Shown here: one piece after another, positions 9,911 through 18,197 of the stretch | How positions within the stretch are numbered: position 1 is the first letter of the stretch | Layout: each line of letters opens with the position of its first letter | The notes under the pieces: model-generated | Seen by the model: the letters and a program-made list of their open reading frames with translations, nothing else | Databases searched by the model: none | What the model was told of the DNA's origin: nothing | Source: a candidate division WOR-3 bacterium | GTDB lineage: Bacteria; Hydrothermota; Tepidihabitantia; Tepidihabitantales; Tepidihabitantaceae | Reading direction: 5' to 3' | DNA: 64,000 nt | NCBI GenBank assembly: GCA_965649225.1 | Contig: CBFGJX010000008.1 | Span: forward strand, 1 to 64,000 | Program-made: the position numbers and the translations under genes

Positions 9911-11131
9911 TCAGGCTGCCGGCCGCTCGAATGTCACGCGGCCGTGCCTGATGGTCATGCGCACCGGATTGTGGCCGAGGCGGTAGACAAGATGCTGCCA
10001 GGTCGGTACGTCGGTGACCACTATATCGGCCCACTTGCCCGGCTCGAGCGTGCCCAGCTCGGTGTCCAACCGCAATGCTCGGGCGGCGTTCACCGTTGCC
10101 CCGCGCAGGGCCTCAACCGGAGTCAGACCGTAGTAGATGCAGCCGAACTGGACGGTGAGGGGCTGGGCCAGCATCGGACAGGAGCCCGGGTTGAAGTCGG
10201 TGGCCAGTGCCATAACGATGCCCAGCTCGCGCATCCGATTCACCGGCGTGCGGTGCGCCTCGCGCAGAAAGAAGCAGGTGCCGGGCAGCAGCACTGCGAC
10301 CACGCCGCGCTCGGCCATCTGCCGCAGCCCGGCCTCGGACGGCTGCAGCAGGTGGCTGGCCGACACCGCGCCGACCCGCGCGGCGGTTTCGGCCCCGCCC
10401 GAGGATTCAATCTCGTCGGCGTGCACCGTCGCGAGCATCCCGTGCCGCTTGCCCGCCTCGAGAATGCGCGCGCTCTCGTCGGCGTTGAAAACGAAGTTCT
10501 CGCAGAACGCGTCACAGAACCGCGCGATGCCCTGTTCGGCCACGGCCGGTATCATTTCGGCTTCCAGCAGGTCAATGTAATCAGCCTTGCTGGTGCCGGC
10601 GGGTACGCTGTGCGCGCCCAGAAACGTCGGCACGACTGTCGCGATTCCCTCCTCGGCCAGCCGGCCGGTCACGCGCAGCAGTTTCAGTTCGGTTTCGGTG
10701 TCCAGCCCGTAACCGGACTTCGCCTCGACCGTGGTCGTACCCCACGACACCATTTCGTGCAGGCGCTCGAGCCCGCGCTCATGCAGTTCCTCTTCGGACG
10801 CGGCTCGCGTCGCCTTGACCGTCGAGAGGATGCCGCCGCCGGCCTGGGCGATTTCCTTGTAGCTTCGGCCGAGCAGCCGCTGTTCGAATTCGTCGGCCCG
10901 CCAGCCACCGAAAACAAGATGCGTGTGCGGGTCGACAAACCCGGGCAGTACCACGCAGCCGCGGCAGTCGATTTCAGTCTCGCCCGGCTCGCTCTCAAGC
11001 GGCCCGGCCGCGATCTCGGCAACCCGCCCGTCGCGCACGCGCACCGCGCCGCGCTCGACAATGCCGAGCCCGTCGCCGGTCATCGAGAGCACCTGCGAGC
11101 AGTTGTTCAACAAAAGGTTCTTGTCCGTCAT
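9911..11131 (-). CDS. hutI: Imidazolonepropionase
   Basis: PGFVDPHTHLVFGG, GGGILSTV, EAKSGYGL, TFLGAH, HADE, ATDFNPGS. Confidence 0.95.
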   Translation of the reverse strand: MTDKNLLLNNCSQVLSMTGDGLGIVERGAVRVRDGRVAEIAAGPLESEPGETEIDCRGCVVLPGFVDPHTHLVFGGWRADEFEQRLLGRSYKEIAQAGGGILSTVKATRAASEEELHERGLERLHEMVSWGTTTVEAKSGYGLDTETELKLLRVTGRLAEEGIATVVPTFLGAHSVPAGTSKADYIDLLEAEMIPAVAEQGIARFCDAFCENFVFNADESARILEAGKRHGMLATVHADEIESSGGAETAARVGAVSASHLLQPSEAGLRQMAERGVVAVLLPGTCFFLREAHRTPVNRMRELGIVMALATDFNPGSCPMLAQPLTVQFGCIYYGLTPVEALRGATVNAARALRLDTELGTLEPGKWADIVVTDVPTWQHLVYRLGHNPVRMTIRHGRVTFERPAA

Positions 11132-11254
11132 TTCAAGTCATCGTACGTTTGATAGTTGGGCAGATGATAGCCGGTTCCTGACCTTGGCGCAACAGTGCGC
11201 GCTTGACGCCTGTTCGATGCGGCCGAGAATCTGCCCGATATCGAAGGAGAACCC

Positions 11255-11590
11255 ATGGCTTTGCTCGCCGCGTGTGGACTGGACTGCGAGACCTGTCCGA
11301 CTTTCAGGACGACGCGCACTGACGACAACGCGCTGCGCGAAAAGACCGCGGCCGAGTGGTCGAAGATGTACTCGGCCGACATCAAGCCTGCGGACATCAA
11401 CTGCCGTGGCTGCAACTCGGCCGAAGGTCCGCACTTCTCTTACTGCGCCGGGATGTGCCAGATTCGCAAGTGCGCCCGAACCCGCGCGCTGGTGACCTGT
11501 GCCGAGTGTGCCGACTACACCTGCGACAAGCTCGACAGCTTTCTCAAGCTAGTGCCTGAGGCCAGAGCAAACCTCGAGGCCCGGCGCTGA
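11255..11590 (+). CDS. Cys-rich DUF3795-like small protein
   Basis: ACGLDCETC, CRGC, CQIRKC, CAEC-x4-C pattern; AAGGAG RBS; TTGACG-16-GAGAAT at 11203-11230. Confidence 0.8.
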   Translation: MALLAACGLDCETCPTFRTTRTDDNALREKTAAEWSKMYSADIKPADINCRGCNSAEGPHFSYCAGMCQIRKCARTRALVTCAECADYTCDKLDSFLKLVPEARANLEARR

Positions 11591-11677
11591 TATGTCTGGT
11601 CCAGCACTCCGTCAGCTGCCGCGCCAGCTGGCGCCGACCCGACTGGATTGTCTGAGAAGCAGGAGGTTGGATTCCTG

Positions 11678-12709
11678 ATGCGTGCCTTTGTTATCAATCG
11701 ACAGGGCCCGGTTGAATACCGGTTCAATTCGGTTGCCGATGTGCCTGTGCCTGAGCCCGGCCCCGGTGAAGTACGGGTGCGTGTGCTTGCCTGCGGGGTC
11801 TGTCGCACCGACCTGCATGAGGTCGAAGGCGACATCGCGCCGCGCCTGCCCGTCGTTCCAGGCCATGAGATTGTCGGCACGGTCGACGGTCTCGGACCGG
11901 GCGTGACCGTACCGGCGCCCGGCACGCGCGTCGGCATCCCTTGGCTGCGCTCGACCTGTGGCCAGTGCCGGTTCTGCCGCTCGGGCCGCGAGAATCTCTG
12001 CGAAGGTATTCTTTTCAACGGCTTCGACGCCGACGGCGGCTACGCCGAGTACACCGTCGCGCCGGCCGACTTTGTCTATCCGCTGCCCGACTCGCTCGAC
12101 CCCGCCTCGGCTGCGCCGTTGCTCTGCGCCGGCGTCATCGGCTACCGCGCGCTGCGGCTTGCCACCGGAGGAGAGTTGGATACGGTCAATTTGTCAGTCA
12201 AGTTCCCTGAACCGCTGCGGCTGGGGCTGTATGGTTTCGGGGCTTCGGCCCACATCTGCCTGCAGATAGCGCGATACTTTGGAGCCGAGGTTGCGGTCTT
12301 CAGCCGGTCCGAGTCACATCGCAGCCACGCCCTCGCACTCGGCGCAGCCTGGGCCGGCCCGGCCGAAGACGCTCCGCCCTGGCCCCTGGACTCAGGTATC
12401 ATCTTTGCCCCGGCCGGTGAGCTGGTGCCGCTTGCGCTCGAACATCTTGACAAGGGTGGCACCCTCGCGCTCGCCGGCATTTACATGAGTCCGATACCCG
12501 AAATGGACTACTCGCTGGTCTACGGCGAACGCATCCTGCGCTCGGTCGCCAACTCGACCCGGCAGGACGTGCGCGACCTGGTCGGTCTCGCCGCCGCCAT
12601 CCCGCTGGCGACGACCGTGCAGGAGTTCCCGCTTGAAGCCGCAGCCGATGCCCTGCTCGCGGTCAAGAACAGCGAAATCAACGGCGCGGCCGTGCTCGTC
12701 CCGCGCTGA
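11678..12709 (+). CDS. Zinc-dependent alcohol dehydrogenase family protein
   Basis: CGVCRTD, PGHE, CGQCRFC-x7-C structural Zn site, GLYGFGASA; AGGAGG at 11661. Confidence 0.92.
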   Translation: MRAFVINRQGPVEYRFNSVADVPVPEPGPGEVRVRVLACGVCRTDLHEVEGDIAPRLPVVPGHEIVGTVDGLGPGVTVPAPGTRVGIPWLRSTCGQCRFCRSGRENLCEGILFNGFDADGGYAEYTVAPADFVYPLPDSLDPASAAPLLCAGVIGYRALRLATGGELDTVNLSVKFPEPLRLGLYGFGASAHICLQIARYFGAEVAVFSRSESHRSHALALGAAWAGPAEDAPPWPLDSGIIFAPAGELVPLALEHLDKGGTLALAGIYMSPIPEMDYSLVYGERILRSVANSTRQDVRDLVGLAAAIPLATTVQEFPLEAAADALLAVKNSEINGAAVLVPR

Positions 12710-12761
12710 GCTGCTGGTTGCGGCTTGACTTCCGGCCAGCTCCCGCTTGAATGGCCGGGAG

Positions 12762-12803
12762 ATGAAAACACCGAGTAAGCCGACCGGACGCCGGGCCGTC
12801 TGA
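12762..12803 (+). CDS. Putative 13-aa leader ORF (MKTPSKPTGRRAV) coupled to the decarboxylase
   Basis: ATG at 12762; its TGA overlaps the next ATG (TGATG); candidate promoter TTGACT-16-TTGAAT at 12725-12752. Confidence 0.35.
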   Translation: MKTPSKPTGRRAV

Positions 12804-13933
12804 TGCCGACACCCAAGTACCTCGCCCGACTGCGCGCGTCCTTCCCACGCCTGGCAAGAAAGCACGGCACGCCGCTGTTTGTTATCAGCCGGACGATTCT
12901 GCTCGACCAGGTGAAGCGTTTCCGCAGGTTTCTGCCCCGGGTCAAACCGTTCTACGCGATCAAGGCCAATCCGACGCCCGAAGTGATCAAGACGCTGGCC
13001 GATGCCGGCTGCGGGTTCGATGTTGCCTCGCTGCCCGAGGTCGAGTGGGCGCTCGGCGCCGGCGCGACACCCGACCGGCTGATTTTCGCCAACACGATGA
13101 AGCGGCCGCAGGCCATCGCTGCGGCCCGGAAGCTGGGCGTGAACCTGATGACCTTCGACTCGGCCGGAGAGCTTGACAAGATTGCCCGCTACTCGCCCCG
13201 CGCCCAGGTCGTCGTGCGGATCAAGGTGCCCAACGTCGGCTCAGTCGTCGAGCTGTCGCTGAAGTTCGGCTGCGACCCGGCCGAAGCGGTACCGCTGCTG
13301 CTGTACGCCCGTGATCTGGGGCTGAAACCCCTCGGCGTCAGTTTTCATGTCGGGTCCCAGTGCACCAACGGCGACAATTACCTCGAGGCTTTCGAGCTGA
13401 CGAAGATTATCCTCAACGACGCCCTGCTCAAGGGGATGGCATTGACACTGGTGGACATCGGCGGCGGGTTTCCGATCCGGCAGTTTGATGCCGATGAAGA
13501 CTGGTTTGCGACGATGGCACCGGCACTGCGGATGGAGCTTGACCGACTGTTTCCACCTCACATCGAGCTTATTGCCGAACCGGGCCGGGCGCTCGTCGGC
13601 CCGGCCGGGTTTCTGCTGATGAGCGTTATCGGCAAGTCGATTCGCGCCGGTAAACCGTGGTTCTTTGTCGATGATGGGCTTTACGGCTGTCTGTCAGGGA
13701 TGATGTTTGACCACGCCAAATACCCGTTCTCGGTTACACGCCGGGGGGAGACCCGGCTGGCGACGCTTGCCGGTCCCACCTGTGACTCGATTGATATCAT
13801 TTCCTCCGGTGAAGAGCTGCCTGAACTCGAACCGGGTGACCTGGTGTATGCCTACAACATCGGTGCCTATTCTATCGCCCATGCCACACACTTTAACGGT
13901 ATCCCGCCGGCCAAGGCGATAATGGTGCCGTAA
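12803..13933 (+). CDS. Fold-type III PLP-dependent ornithine/lysine decarboxylase
   Basis: PFYAIKAN (PLP Lys), FDVAS, KFG, SFHVGSQ, DIGGGF, EPGR, GPTCDSID, GAY. Confidence 0.92.
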   Translation: MPTPKYLARLRASFPRLARKHGTPLFVISRTILLDQVKRFRRFLPRVKPFYAIKANPTPEVIKTLADAGCGFDVASLPEVEWALGAGATPDRLIFANTMKRPQAIAAARKLGVNLMTFDSAGELDKIARYSPRAQVVVRIKVPNVGSVVELSLKFGCDPAEAVPLLLYARDLGLKPLGVSFHVGSQCTNGDNYLEAFELTKIILNDALLKGMALTLVDIGGGFPIRQFDADEDWFATMAPALRMELDRLFPPHIELIAEPGRALVGPAGFLLMSVIGKSIRAGKPWFFVDDGLYGCLSGMMFDHAKYPFSVTRRGETRLATLAGPTCDSIDIISSGEELPELEPGDLVYAYNIGAYSIAHATHFNGIPPAKAIMVP

Positions 13934-13942
13934 GGAGGGCAG

Positions 13943-15169
13943 ATGAAGCGAAGTCAGAAGTCAAAAACCAGACCGCAGAAATCTGATACCAAGGTTGAGG
14001 CAGCGGGCGTGAACCCGCGCCAGCGCAAGGACCTTTCCGAGCTGCCCGACTGGCTGCGAGAGCGCGAATGTCCGCACAAGGCGCGCTACATGAGCGGTCG
14101 GCGCATTCAGCCTCAGGGTATCACCGGCCGCGAGAAACTGGTTGACCTTATCGACGCCACGTTTCTTGCCTACAACGCGGCGCGTCTGCGCGAAGGCTGT
14201 CGGCTGTTCACCGAGAAGATGCTTGAGCCGGACGTTACGGTCGGGATGAGCCTTGCCGGCGCGCTTACTCCCGCCGGGCTGGGTTGTTCCTGTGTCGTCC
14301 CGCTCATCAAGGCCGGATTCGTTGACTGGATTGTCGCCACCGGTGCCAATATGTACCATGACCTTCACTTCGCCTTCAACCTGCCGCTGCATGTCGGATC
14401 GCACATCGTCGATGACACCGACCTGCGCAACAACGACATCGTCCGCATCTACGATGTCTTCCTTGGCTATTCTGACTGCCTGATGGCGACCGACAAGATA
14501 CTGCGCGGCATTCTTGTCCAGCCCGAGTTTCAGCGCGAGATGGGCACGGCCGAGTTCTACTGGCATCTTGGCCGCTACGCCGCCGAGTGGGAGAAGAAAA
14601 GCGGCAACAGAGATGTGTCGGTGCTGGCCGCAGCATACCGCTGCGGCGTGCCGGTCCACACCTCCTCGCCCGGCGACTCGACCATCGGGATGAACATTGC
14701 CGGCCTCGAGCTGAAAGGTCTCAAACTCCGTATCAATCCTTCGATTGATGTGAACGAAACCACCTCTTATGTGCTCGATGCCAAGCGTTCCGGCGGCAAG
14801 TCGGCGGTGGTGCTTATCGGTGGTGGCAGCCCCAAGAACTTCATGCTCCAGACCGAGCCGCAGATACAGGAAGTCCTGATGCTCAAGGAATACGGGCAGG
14901 ACTACTTCTTCCAGGTTACCGACGCGCGGCCCGACACCGGCGGGCTCTCCGGTGCCACGCCCCACGAAGCGGTGAGCTGGGGTAAGGTCGACCCGGACCG
15001 GCTGCCGGACGCGGTCGTCTGCTATGCCGATTCAACGATCGCGCTGCCGATACTGACTCACTATGCGCTGGCGCGGCATCCCCGGCGCAAGCTGCGCCGG
15101 CTTTATGACCATCGCCCCGAACTGATGGAGAAGCTGCGGCGCGAGTTCTTTGCCCATTCGCAGTTCTAG
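13943..15169 (+). CDS. Deoxyhypusine-synthase-like protein (probable homospermidine-pathway enzyme, SpeY-like)
   Basis: [39 protein letters not shown] with the catalytic Lys retained; AAGGAGG RBS; 9 nt after the decarboxylase. Confidence 0.9.
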   Translation: MKRSQKSKTRPQKSDTKVEAAGVNPRQRKDLSELPDWLRERECPHKARYMSGRRIQPQGITGREKLVDLIDATFLAYNAARLREGCRLFTEKMLEPDVTVGMSLAGALTPAGLGCSCVVPLIKAGFVDWIVATGANMYHDLHFAFNLPLHVGSHIVDDTDLRNNDIVRIYDVFLGYSDCLMATDKILRGILVQPEFQREMGTAEFYWHLGRYAAEWEKKSGNRDVSVLAAAYRCGVPVHTSSPGDSTIGMNIAGLELKGLKLRINPSIDVNETTSYVLDAKRSGGKSAVVLIGGGSPKNFMLQTEPQIQEVLMLKEYGQDYFFQVTDARPDTGGLSGATPHEAVSWGKVDPDRLPDAVVCYADSTIALPILTHYALARHPRRKLRRLYDHRPELMEKLRREFFAHSQF

Positions 15170-15301
15170 GCAGTAGATGCCGCCGGCGGGTGAAACTGCC
15201 CTTCGTGCCGCGTTCGGTGTCGTGAGCAGCCCGGTGCGACAGATGCCCGGATTTCGTACGGCAACAGAGCTTCTGTCCAGCCCGGCAGATTGCCGGCGCT
15301 G

Positions 15302-16642
15302 TTAACCCTGGTTTTCGCTGCCGCTTTCGGTTGAGCTCGTCGGGGGCCGGAAGCGTTTGCGCAGCTCGGCTTCAAAGCCGCGATCGGTCGGGCGGTAGTA
15401 TTTCCTGGGTTTCATCCCATCGGGGAAGTGGGATTGATCAACCCGGGCATCGGGAAAGTCATGAGCGTACTTGTAGTCCCGGCCGTAGCCGAGGTTCTTC
15501 ATCAGCGCGGTTGGTGCGTTGCGCAGATGCAGGGGCACGGGCAGTGTTTCACTTTCGACCGCGTCCTTCTGCGCTTCGCCGTAGGCAACATAGACGGCGT
15601 TTGACTTGGGCGCAAGGGCCAGATAGATAACTGCCTGAGCGAGGGCGGTGTTGCCTTCGGGCAGGCCGATGAACTCCACTGCTTCCCGCGCGGCGTTGGC
15701 AATGACCAGCGCGTTGGGATTGGCCATGCCGACATCCTCGGAGGCAAACCGCACCAGTCGTCGGGCAACGTAGAGCGGGTCTTCGCCGGCTTCAAGCATC
15801 CGGGCGAGCCAGTAGAGTGCGGCGTCAGGGTCAGAGTCGCGCAGAGATTTGTGCAATGCGGATATCAGGTTGTAGTGCTGTTCGCCGGCCTTGTCGTAGA
15901 GCAGAAACTTGCGCTGGATTACATCCCGGGCAAGGTCGAGCGTCACCGGCCGGGTGCCGTCGGGTCCCGGTTCGGCGGCATCAACCGCCAGCTCAAGGGC
16001 AGTGAGAGCGGCGCGGGCATCGCCCTGGGCCACCAGTGCCAGATAGTCCAGTACTTCATCGGTAAGCTGTGCCGGCCGGTCGGCGAGGCCGTGCGGAGCC
16101 GTCAGTGCCCGGCGCAGCAGGGTAATAAGGCTTTCCCGCGTGAGGGGGTTGAGCACGTAGACGCGGCAGCGCGAGAGCAGCGGAGCGATGACTTCAAACG
16201 ATGGATTTTCGGTAGTGGCACCGATGAGAATAATCAGGCCGGATTCGACGTGGGGCAGGAAGGCATCCTGCTGAGCCTTGTTGAAACGGTGGATTTCATC
16301 GACAAACAGCACGGTGCGGCGGCCGCGCTGGCTGAGGTCGGTACGGGCCTGGCTGACGACAGAGCGGACTTCAGCGACCGAAGAATTGACTGCCGAGAGT
16401 TGAACAAAACCGGCCCGGGCGTGCCGGGCAATGACCAGTGCGAGGGTGGTTTTGCCCGAGCCGGGCGGGCCCCAGAGTATCATCGAGTGGAGTTCGCCCC
16501 GCTCGATCGCCCGGCGCAGCGGACGGCCCGGGCCGAGCAGATGGTCCTGGCCGACAATGTCGTCGAGACAGCCGGGGCGCATCCGCTCGGCGAGCGGCGC
16601 GGGGGGGCGGGCGTCCCCGGTCAGAGCAGGTTCGTCGGCCAT
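15302..16642 (-). CDS. rarA: Replication-associated recombination protein A (MgsA/RarA AAA+ ATPase)
   Basis: [50 protein letters not shown]. Start placed at ATG 16642. Confidence 0.95.
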   Translation of the reverse strand: MADEPALTGDARPPAPLAERMRPGCLDDIVGQDHLLGPGRPLRRAIERGELHSMILWGPPGSGKTTLALVIARHARAGFVQLSAVNSSVAEVRSVVSQARTDLSQRGRRTVLFVDEIHRFNKAQQDAFLPHVESGLIILIGATTENPSFEVIAPLLSRCRVYVLNPLTRESLITLLRRALTAPHGLADRPAQLTDEVLDYLALVAQGDARAALTALELAVDAAEPGPDGTRPVTLDLARDVIQRKFLLYDKAGEQHYNLISALHKSLRDSDPDAALYWLARMLEAGEDPLYVARRLVRFASEDVGMANPNALVIANAAREAVEFIGLPEGNTALAQAVIYLALAPKSNAVYVAYGEAQKDAVESETLPVPLHLRNAPTALMKNLGYGRDYKYAHDFPDARVDQSHFPDGMKPRKYYRPTDRGFEAELRKRFRPPTSSTESGSENQG

Positions 16643-16648
16643 TGGGCG

Positions 16649-16676
16649 ATTATAGTCCGGCGCGGCCAACCTGCAA
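16649..16676 (-). promoter_or_regulatory. Leaderless-type promoter for rarA (TTGCAG-16-TATAAT-6-ATG)
   Basis: Reverse strand reads TTGCAG GTTGGCCGCGCCGGAC TATAAT CGCCCA ATG; no SD. Confidence 0.65.
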
Positions 16677-16793
16677 CGAAAGTAAGACAACCGAGGCCTG
16701 AGGAAAAGCCAACAGGATGGCGCTGCCGGCGGCCCGGTTTTGCTTGACCGGCGTGACGTTGGTGCTAATTTAGCGCAGCAGCAGAATCTCTCG

Positions 16794-18146
16794 ATGCTCA
16801 GACGGGGTGGTCTGGCAGCTCTTGCTTTTGCGGCAGTAGTGGTTGCCGCTGCCCATGCGCAGTACGTTGAAGACTCGGTCGACGTCGGTGGCGCATGGGT
16901 GGGTTCGCTCGTGCATAACCCGATTGGAAATTTCATCCACGGCCGCAGCTGGAGCGCGGGGAGTGTTTTCACGATCGACTGCAGCAGCGGTCGGCTAGTG
17001 GCACTGGTGCAGGTGCCGGAGCCGAAGTTTCTGGCGTTTGATTCGCTTGACAACAAGTACTACTGCCCATTCGGACCGGCCGGGGCCGAATCGGTGCTCG
17101 TCGGCTGTGGTACGAGCGGACGCCGGCTGAGAGCGATTGCCCTGCGCGGGGCCAAGTACGCGCTGTGGGACCGCACGACCGACCGGCTGTATGTCTCGTG
17201 TGACATGGAGTGGTGTGTTGGCGTGATTGACTGCCGGGCCGATACGGTGCTTGGAATCATTCGGGTCGGCGACGGGCCGCTGCGAATGAATCTGGATGCC
17301 CGGCGGCGCCGACTTTATGTTCAGCTTTACGACGAGGAAGCGGTGGCGGTTGTTGATCTGCGTCGTGATGCAGTCGAGGCGGTGATTCGGGTTGGCGGTC
17401 CGCCGCTGTGTGGCATGCTGGACCAGAACGGTGAGCGTTATTTTGTCGGGACAACCCGGGGGCTGACAGTCATCGATGTTCTGGCCGGAATGGTGGTACG
17501 GCGGGTTGCCCTGCCAGCAGACATTGTTGCGCTGGAGATGGACAAGACCGGCGGGCGGCTGTTTGCCGGTGGAATCACGGTGGGTGCGGTCGACACGGTC
17601 TGGGCCATTGACAGCGAGACCGAAATGGTTGACCGGGCCTGGCCGGTAGGCAAGGAACCCTGGGACATTTATTTCAGCCGGCAGACCGAGCAGCTCTATT
17701 GTCTCTCGTATCGCCCGGCGCAGATGACCGTGCTGGCCGACAGTGGGGTGCGGGCAGTGCTGGGGCTGGCCGACGCGCCCTACTGCATTGCCGGGTCCGG
17801 CGCCGCGGGCCGGCTTTATGTCGGCCATCTGAACAGCCGCAAGGTCTATGTCGTCCGCGACAGCGCGCCACCGGCGGGTCGGTTCGGCAGCGGTGAACGG
17901 GACACGGTAACCGTCGCAGTCTGGCCTAATCCTTTCCGGCGGCAGGTGACCTGTCGGCTGGGGTGCAGCGGGCCGGCAATGCTGCGCGATGAGGCCGGCC
18001 GGATGATCCAGACTTTCACTGGCGGTCAGTCCGGCACTGTCAACTGGGACGGTTGTGATGGTTCGGGCCGGCCGGTTGCGGCCGGGGTTTACTTTCTGGT
18101 GCCGAGCGGCGGTCGGCCGCTGCGGCTGCTGAAACTGGCGGACTGA
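16794..18146 (+). CDS. Secreted YncE/YVTN-like beta-propeller protein with FlgD-like C-terminal tail
   Basis: Signal peptide ending AAAHA-Q; repeated RLYV...V.VID...I.VG..P units; tail WPNPF...WDGCDGSGRPVAAGVYF. Confidence 0.8.
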   Translation: MLRRGGLAALAFAAVVVAAAHAQYVEDSVDVGGAWVGSLVHNPIGNFIHGRSWSAGSVFTIDCSSGRLVALVQVPEPKFLAFDSLDNKYYCPFGPAGAESVLVGCGTSGRRLRAIALRGAKYALWDRTTDRLYVSCDMEWCVGVIDCRADTVLGIIRVGDGPLRMNLDARRRRLYVQLYDEEAVAVVDLRRDAVEAVIRVGGPPLCGMLDQNGERYFVGTTRGLTVIDVLAGMVVRRVALPADIVALEMDKTGGRLFAGGITVGAVDTVWAIDSETEMVDRAWPVGKEPWDIYFSRQTEQLYCLSYRPAQMTVLADSGVRAVLGLADAPYCIAGSGAAGRLYVGHLNSRKVYVVRDSAPPAGRFGSGERDTVTVAVWPNPFRRQVTCRLGCSGPAMLRDEAGRMIQTFTGGQSGTVNWDGCDGSGRPVAAGVYFLVPSGGRPLRLLKLAD

Positions 18147-18158
18147 ACCGGCTGGTGG

Positions 18159-18186
18159 TTGACACGGTCGGGCCCGGGTCTAGAAT
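18159..18186 (+). promoter_or_regulatory. Promoter for secA (TTGACA-16-TAGAAT)
   Basis: Perfect -35 and 5/6 -10, 11 nt before the ATG at 18198. Confidence 0.7.
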
Positions 18187-18197
18187 GGGCCAGCCTA

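Noticed and set aside
13943..15169. True eIF5A deoxyhypusine synthase indicating archaeal origin
   Set aside because: The context is clearly bacterial (secA, uvrC, sigma factor, OmpA domain) and the gene is paired with a polyamine decarboxylase.
16643..17056. N-terminal extension of the 584-aa ORF containing rarA
   Set aside because: It overlaps the divergent YVTN gene and both promoters. RarA similarity begins at MADEP (16642), which has its own TATAAT.
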